This document shows, one piece after another, positions 24,133-28,139 of a stretch of DNA of 28,139 nt. Source of the stretch: a virus. Taxonomy: Duplodnaviria > Caudoviricetes. The notes under the pieces are model-generated. The model was given only the letters and a program-made list of their open reading frames with translations, was not told where the DNA came from and ran no database searches. The translations under genes and the position numbers were made by a program. Numbering within the stretch: the stretch's first letter is position 1; each line of letters opens with the position of its first letter. The stretch lies in IMG/VR virus record IMGVR_UViG_3300013004_002837, positions 1-28,139 of that record. One strand, written 5' to 3'.

Positions 24133-24345
24133 ATGTCAACGCAAAACAATAAAGATAATGAAGATAGGAAGTCTGTTAGAAGAGCTAATTTTTCAAAGAA
24201 AAGGAATTTTGAACATAAAAAAGATGAAGTGGATGAACACAAGATCAAAAATAAGATTAAGTATGAATTAAAATCTAGAAGAAGAGATATGGAAGAAGAA
24301 GAGCTATGGGAAGATTGGGAAGAACAACTAGATAAGTATAGATAA
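24133..24345 (+). CDS. Small highly charged protein
   Basis: ATG 24133 in frame with ORF 24085-24345; K/E/D-rich, ends ELWEDWEE. Confidence 0.65.
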   Translation: MSTQNNKDNEDRKSVRRANFSKKRNFEHKKDEVDEHKIKNKIKYELKSRRRDMEEEELWEDWEEQLDKYR

Positions 24346-24346
24346 T

Positions 24347-24604
24347 ATGGAAAAATACATAGAAGAATTGAAACATGCCGATTGTTTCGAGCACCAAGGC
24401 AGTCTGTACCTAGTAACATCAGACTTTAAAAAAAATGGAGAAAGGAACTGCGTTAATATAAAAACGGGCTGTTCCATGTGGCTGAAAGGCAATACTATAG
24501 TTTCTGAAGCTAGTCTTTACTCTATAGATAAAGACAATAATTTTTATCCAATCAAAAGCGAAACAAATGTCGAAACTCTTATTAAAAATAAGAATATTTC
24601 TTAA
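24347..24604 (+). CDS. Hypothetical protein
   Basis: 85 aa ORF starting 1 nt after the upstream stop. Confidence 0.65.
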   Translation: MEKYIEELKHADCFEHQGSLYLVTSDFKKNGERNCVNIKTGCSMWLKGNTIVSEASLYSIDKDNNFYPIKSETNVETLIKNKNIS

Positions 24605-24824
24605 GTCTCTATTTTTCCATGTTTGGGCGGGATTTCCAAAAAGCCCTCAAGAAGAAATAGACAAAAGGTGGCAAATATGTATATATTGCGATCAGTTCGA
24701 TAGGGTGAATAACCAATGCGGTGTTTGTGGCTGCAATTTATCTAATAAGAAACAATTTATGAATAAATTAGCATGGGCTGATCAAGAATGTCCTATCGGC
24801 AAATGGAATAAGTATGAGCAATAA
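24567..24824 (+). CDS. Cys-rich small protein (DUF6171-like)
   Basis: RWQICIYC...QCGVCGC...K...CPIGKW. Confidence 0.7.
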   Translation: MSKLLLKIRIFLKSLFFHVWAGFPKSPQEEIDKRWQICIYCDQFDRVNNQCGVCGCNLSNKKQFMNKLAWADQECPIGKWNKYEQ

Positions 24825-25458
24825 TATATCCGTAGTCATTTCTGTCATGAATAGGAGTGACAGAATTATTAGCTGTTTATCTTCTTGGGTTAATTTTCCA
24901 GTTATCAATAATATTGTTTTGGTTGACTGGTCTTCTAAAGAAAATATACTTGATAATTCTAATATAAAATCTTTTCTTTCTAAACACCCACATATCAATA
25001 TAATTAGAGTGGAAAATCAAGAATTCTTCAGTTTGCCAAAATCATACAATTTGGCAATAGGTAATACCATAAATAATAATATTCTTAAATTAGATATAGA
25101 CCATATATTATCGTCTCCAAAACTACCAACTTTACTTGAAAGCATTATTCCAAAACTCAATACAGACTTTTACTGTTGCGAACACGTTACTGTAGAACAC
25201 TGGGGCATTTGTTTTTTTGATAAGTCAGCTTTTTATGAAGCAGGTAAATACAACGAAAGATTAAACGGCTGGGGATATGATGATCAAGATCTATACAATA
25301 GATTATCTAAAATTCGCAAAAAAAATATTATTAGAAATATACCATACTTAATATATCATAATCCTCATGGAGATGATTTAAGAGTAGAGAACTATAAAAT
25401 AAAAAATAAATTTGAGAGCAACAGAATAAATGAATTAATAGCTAAAGGTAATATGTGA
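24814..25458 (+). CDS. GT2/GT7-like glycosyltransferase
   Basis: SVVISVMNR, LVDWSS, KLDID (DxD), YNERLNGWGYDDQDL. Confidence 0.82.
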   Translation: MSNNISVVISVMNRSDRIISCLSSWVNFPVINNIVLVDWSSKENILDNSNIKSFLSKHPHINIIRVENQEFFSLPKSYNLAIGNTINNNILKLDIDHILSSPKLPTLLESIIPKLNTDFYCCEHVTVEHWGICFFDKSAFYEAGKYNERLNGWGYDDQDLYNRLSKIRKKNIIRNIPYLIYHNPHGDDLRVENYKIKNKFESNRINELIAKGNM

Positions 25459-26042
25459 ATACTAAACATCGATTCAATATAGATAAAACCAGTGGGGCTT
25501 GGGACGGAGATATCGTAAACAAACACTATCACGATAATAATTTATGTCAATCATTGATCAATATTTTCAAACAAAACAATATAAAAAATGTTCTTGATCT
25601 AGGTTGTGGTATTGGTAAATACTCCAAAGCATTTATTGATAATAATATAGTCTGTAATTGTTATGATGGACATCCCGATACCAATTTATTAACAAACAAC
25701 TTATGTGATACAATAGATTTATCAAAACCAATATCACTAAAAAAAACATATGATTGTGTTCTTAGTCTTGAGGTCGGAGAACATATACCACAAATATATG
25801 AAAATAACTTTATTAACAATATTGTAAACCATAGTCATAATCTTATTATTATAAGTTGGGCTGTTCCAGGACAACCTGGAGACGGTCATGTTAATTGCAA
25901 AACAAACGATTATATTATTGATCGTATAGAAAAATACAATTTTTATTTTAATGAAACAATGACACAAACGTTGAGAGGACATTCGTCTTTATGGTGGTTC
26001 AAAAACACAATAATGTTTTTTCAGAAAACAAAACCATACTAG
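25455..26042 (+). CDS. Class I SAM-dependent methyltransferase
   Basis: VLDLGCGIG, SLEVGEHIP, SWAVPGQPGDGHVN; GTG start overlapping upstream TGA. Confidence 0.85.
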   Translation: MNTKHRFNIDKTSGAWDGDIVNKHYHDNNLCQSLINIFKQNNIKNVLDLGCGIGKYSKAFIDNNIVCNCYDGHPDTNLLTNNLCDTIDLSKPISLKKTYDCVLSLEVGEHIPQIYENNFINNIVNHSHNLIIISWAVPGQPGDGHVNCKTNDYIIDRIEKYNFYFNETMTQTLRGHSSLWWFKNTIMFFQKTKPY

Positions 26043-27013
26043 TTACCGGTGCAGCAGGATTTTTTGGCTCGCACATGGTCGAAGAGATTTTAGTAAATAC
26101 ATCATGGAATGTGGTTGCTTTATGTAGACTATCAAGCATAGGGGATATGGATAGATTGATGGATAGCAACCATGTACAAAACAATAAACATAGAATAAAA
26201 TTTATCTATCATGATCTCAAATTTGACATACCATCATACACAATAGATAATATAGGGTATGTCGATTATGTCGCTCATCTAGCTGCAAATAGTCATGTAG
26301 ATCGTAGCATCACCCACCCGAAACAATTTTTTGAAGATAATGTTATAGGAACTATCAATCTACTAGAGTGGTATAGGCTCAACAACCCATCTGCAATATT
26401 CATAAACTATTTAACAGACGAAGTATTTGGACCAGCACCAAATAACTATAATTTTAAAGAAGATGATCGATGGAGACCTTCAAATCCATATAGCGGAAGT
26501 AAATGCGGACAAGGAGCGGCAGGAATATGCTATCATGTTACATATAGTTTACCAATTATCAATACATATACAATGAATATGTTTGGCGAAAGACAAAATA
26601 AAGAAAAATTAATAGCTAAATCTATTTATAACATTAAAAACAATTTACCTATTCCAATACACTCAAAAATAGATGATAATGGAAATGTTGAATATGTAGG
26701 AGAGAGACATTGGTTACACGCTAGAAACGCATCAAATGCCACCCTGTTTCTCTTTAAACATGGAACACCCGGAGAACATTACAATGTAGTAGGTAAAGAT
26801 TGTTTCAAAAATGATGAAATTGTAAAAAAAATAGGAGATATAATGAATAAAAAACCTATTTTAGAATATGTTGATTTTCATAAAACAAGACCAGGACACG
26901 ATAGAAGATATGCTTTGGATGGATCAAAATTAAAAGATATGGGTTGGACACCACCAATGGATTTTGATATGTCATTACAGAAAACCATACAATGGACACT
27001 TAAAAGAACATAA
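25991..27013 (+). CDS. rfbB: dTDP-glucose 4,6-dehydratase-like extended SDR
   Basis: LVTGAAGFFG, HLAANSHVDRSI, TDEVFG, NPYSGSK, RPGHDRRYALD. Confidence 0.82.
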   Translation: MVVQKHNNVFSENKTILVTGAAGFFGSHMVEEILVNTSWNVVALCRLSSIGDMDRLMDSNHVQNNKHRIKFIYHDLKFDIPSYTIDNIGYVDYVAHLAANSHVDRSITHPKQFFEDNVIGTINLLEWYRLNNPSAIFINYLTDEVFGPAPNNYNFKEDDRWRPSNPYSGSKCGQGAAGICYHVTYSLPIINTYTMNMFGERQNKEKLIAKSIYNIKNNLPIPIHSKIDDNGNVEYVGERHWLHARNASNATLFLFKHGTPGEHYNVVGKDCFKNDEIVKKIGDIMNKKPILEYVDFHKTRPGHDRRYALDGSKLKDMGWTPPMDFDMSLQKTIQWTLKRT

Positions 27014-27020
27014 AACATTA

Positions 27021-28139
27021 ATGATAAATTCACAACCATATCTCATTATAGATAGAAAAGAACATCAAATTCCTTCAGATTTTGACTATTCTACATATTT
27101 AAAACTTAATCCGGATCTTCAACAAAAAGGCATCAGTACAGAAGACCTAGCGAAAAAACACTATCTTCTATTTGGTATTCATGAAAACAGAACATATAAA
27201 AAACAATCAATTATTCATGGTAATATAGATCTTGATTTTGATGCAGCTTTTTATATATCAGAATACCCAGATGTTGCAGAATACTACAAGCACACCCAAA
27301 ACATATCTCAATATGAAAAACTATTTCATCATTATATACATTTCGGTAAAAAAGAGGGTAGATTTAAAAATAAAATAGAACAAGACAAATCTTTAATCAA
27401 TATAGACGAATCTATTCTTGAATTAATACAGTCTAATGATCTTATATGTCCTCAAAATAATTTAGAATGTGTTTGTTTATTAACTACTGAAAAAGAATTC
27501 AAAAACGGTAAATTTAAAAAATTTATACTACACTTGATCAACCAAACAAAATCTACTGATATTAGTAAAAATATAGATTTTAAAATTATATTTAACAGAA
27601 AAAATAAAAATCAATCTATAGTTTTGACAAAATTAAAAAATATATTCAAGAATATAGATATTATTAGTTTGGACCTGTCTAAAAAAGAAGATATATATAC
27701 AAATAAAATACAAACAATAGAAAAATTACCAAAGTATGGCCTAAAGTCTGGTCCAAATCATATGTTTTTCCATGCAATGAATCAACACCATCAATATAAT
27801 ACAACATTACTATTAGAAACAGATTGTATACTTGGAGAAAATTGGTTAAATAACCTATATTATTATACGAAATACGCAAATGGATTTTTAGTATCTGGTG
27901 CTATATATGACGGAACAGTATTTACCAAAGCTGGATCAGCAATGATGAATCACATCAACGGTGGAACAGCACTATATGCAACAAATAATACTATTCTACA
28001 AAAAACAATAAAAATGCTATCTAAATTTTTAGAACAACAAATTATTCATAGTATGCCTGGATTAGCATATGATTATGCATTAAAACTTTTAATAGATCAA
28101 AAAATAAATAATAGCTATAATAATCAACCAGAAAGAGAA
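27021..28139 (+). CDS. Repeat-containing putative glycosyltransferase (truncated by window end)
   Basis: Frame open from ATG 27021 to the end; two FDxxxYxxxxPD...HYxxFGxxExR repeats, then SGPN...LLETDC...HINGG. Confidence 0.75.
   Translation, partial: MINSQPYLIIDRKEHQIPSDFDYSTYLKLNPDLQQKGISTEDLAKKHYLLFGIHENRTYKKQSIIHGNIDLDFDAAFYISEYPDVAEYYKHTQNISQYEKLFHHYIHFGKKEGRFKNKIEQDKSLINIDESILELIQSNDLICPQNNLECVCLLTTEKEFKNGKFKKFILHLINQTKSTDISKNIDFKIIFNRKNKNQSIVLTKLKNIFKNIDIISLDLSKKEDIYTNKIQTIEKLPKYGLKSGPNHMFFHAMNQHHQYNTTLLLETDCILGENWLNNLYYYTKYANGFLVSGAIYDGTVFTKAGSAMMNHINGGTALYATNNTILQKTIKMLSKFLEQQIIHSMPGLAYDYALKLLIDQKINNSYNNQPERE

Noticed and set aside
17483-28139. Eukaryotic giant virus or bacterial O-antigen locus as origin of the window
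   Set aside because: Contiguous with rIIA/rIIB, Shine-Dalgarno-led phage ORFs and sigma70 promoters; no flippase, polymerase or ABC exporter genes seen
1-28139. CRISPR array, integrase, transposase or retroelement
   Set aside because: No regularly spaced repeats and no such protein motifs found by eye

Overview
AT-rich, gene-dense 28 kb segment of a large tailed dsDNA bacteriophage genome. Support: rIIA/rIIB, Shine-Dalgarno sites, sigma70-type promoters, a tRNA and many small ORFs; the standard code fits. Bases 1-17480 are all on + and carry a DUF1796-like peptidase, an HhH glycosylase, PspC, tRNA-Leu(TAA), a kinase-like protein, rIIA, rIIB, a RepB/AEP-type primase, a Zn-ribbon/RuvA-C-like gene plus ruvB, a membrane protein plus a volactin-like actin, an HNH nuclease and an S1/S8 protease pair. 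Bases 17483-28139 form a divergently transcribed glycosyltransferase/methyltransferase island. Main observations: (i) genes behind a repeated TTGACA-N17-TAnAAT-like promoter with a CGAT core almost lack TTA codons (none found in rIIA or rIIB by manual reading), while other genes use TTA freely and the phage encodes its own short-arm tRNA-Leu(UAA) behind one such promoter, suggesting a bldA-like translational switch; (ii) a volactin-like actin next to a possible membrane anchor; (iii) a RuvA domain III-like region fused to a zinc ribbon upstream of RuvB; (iv) a tRNA-like structured RNA after rIIB. All family calls come from motif recognition by eye, with no database search.
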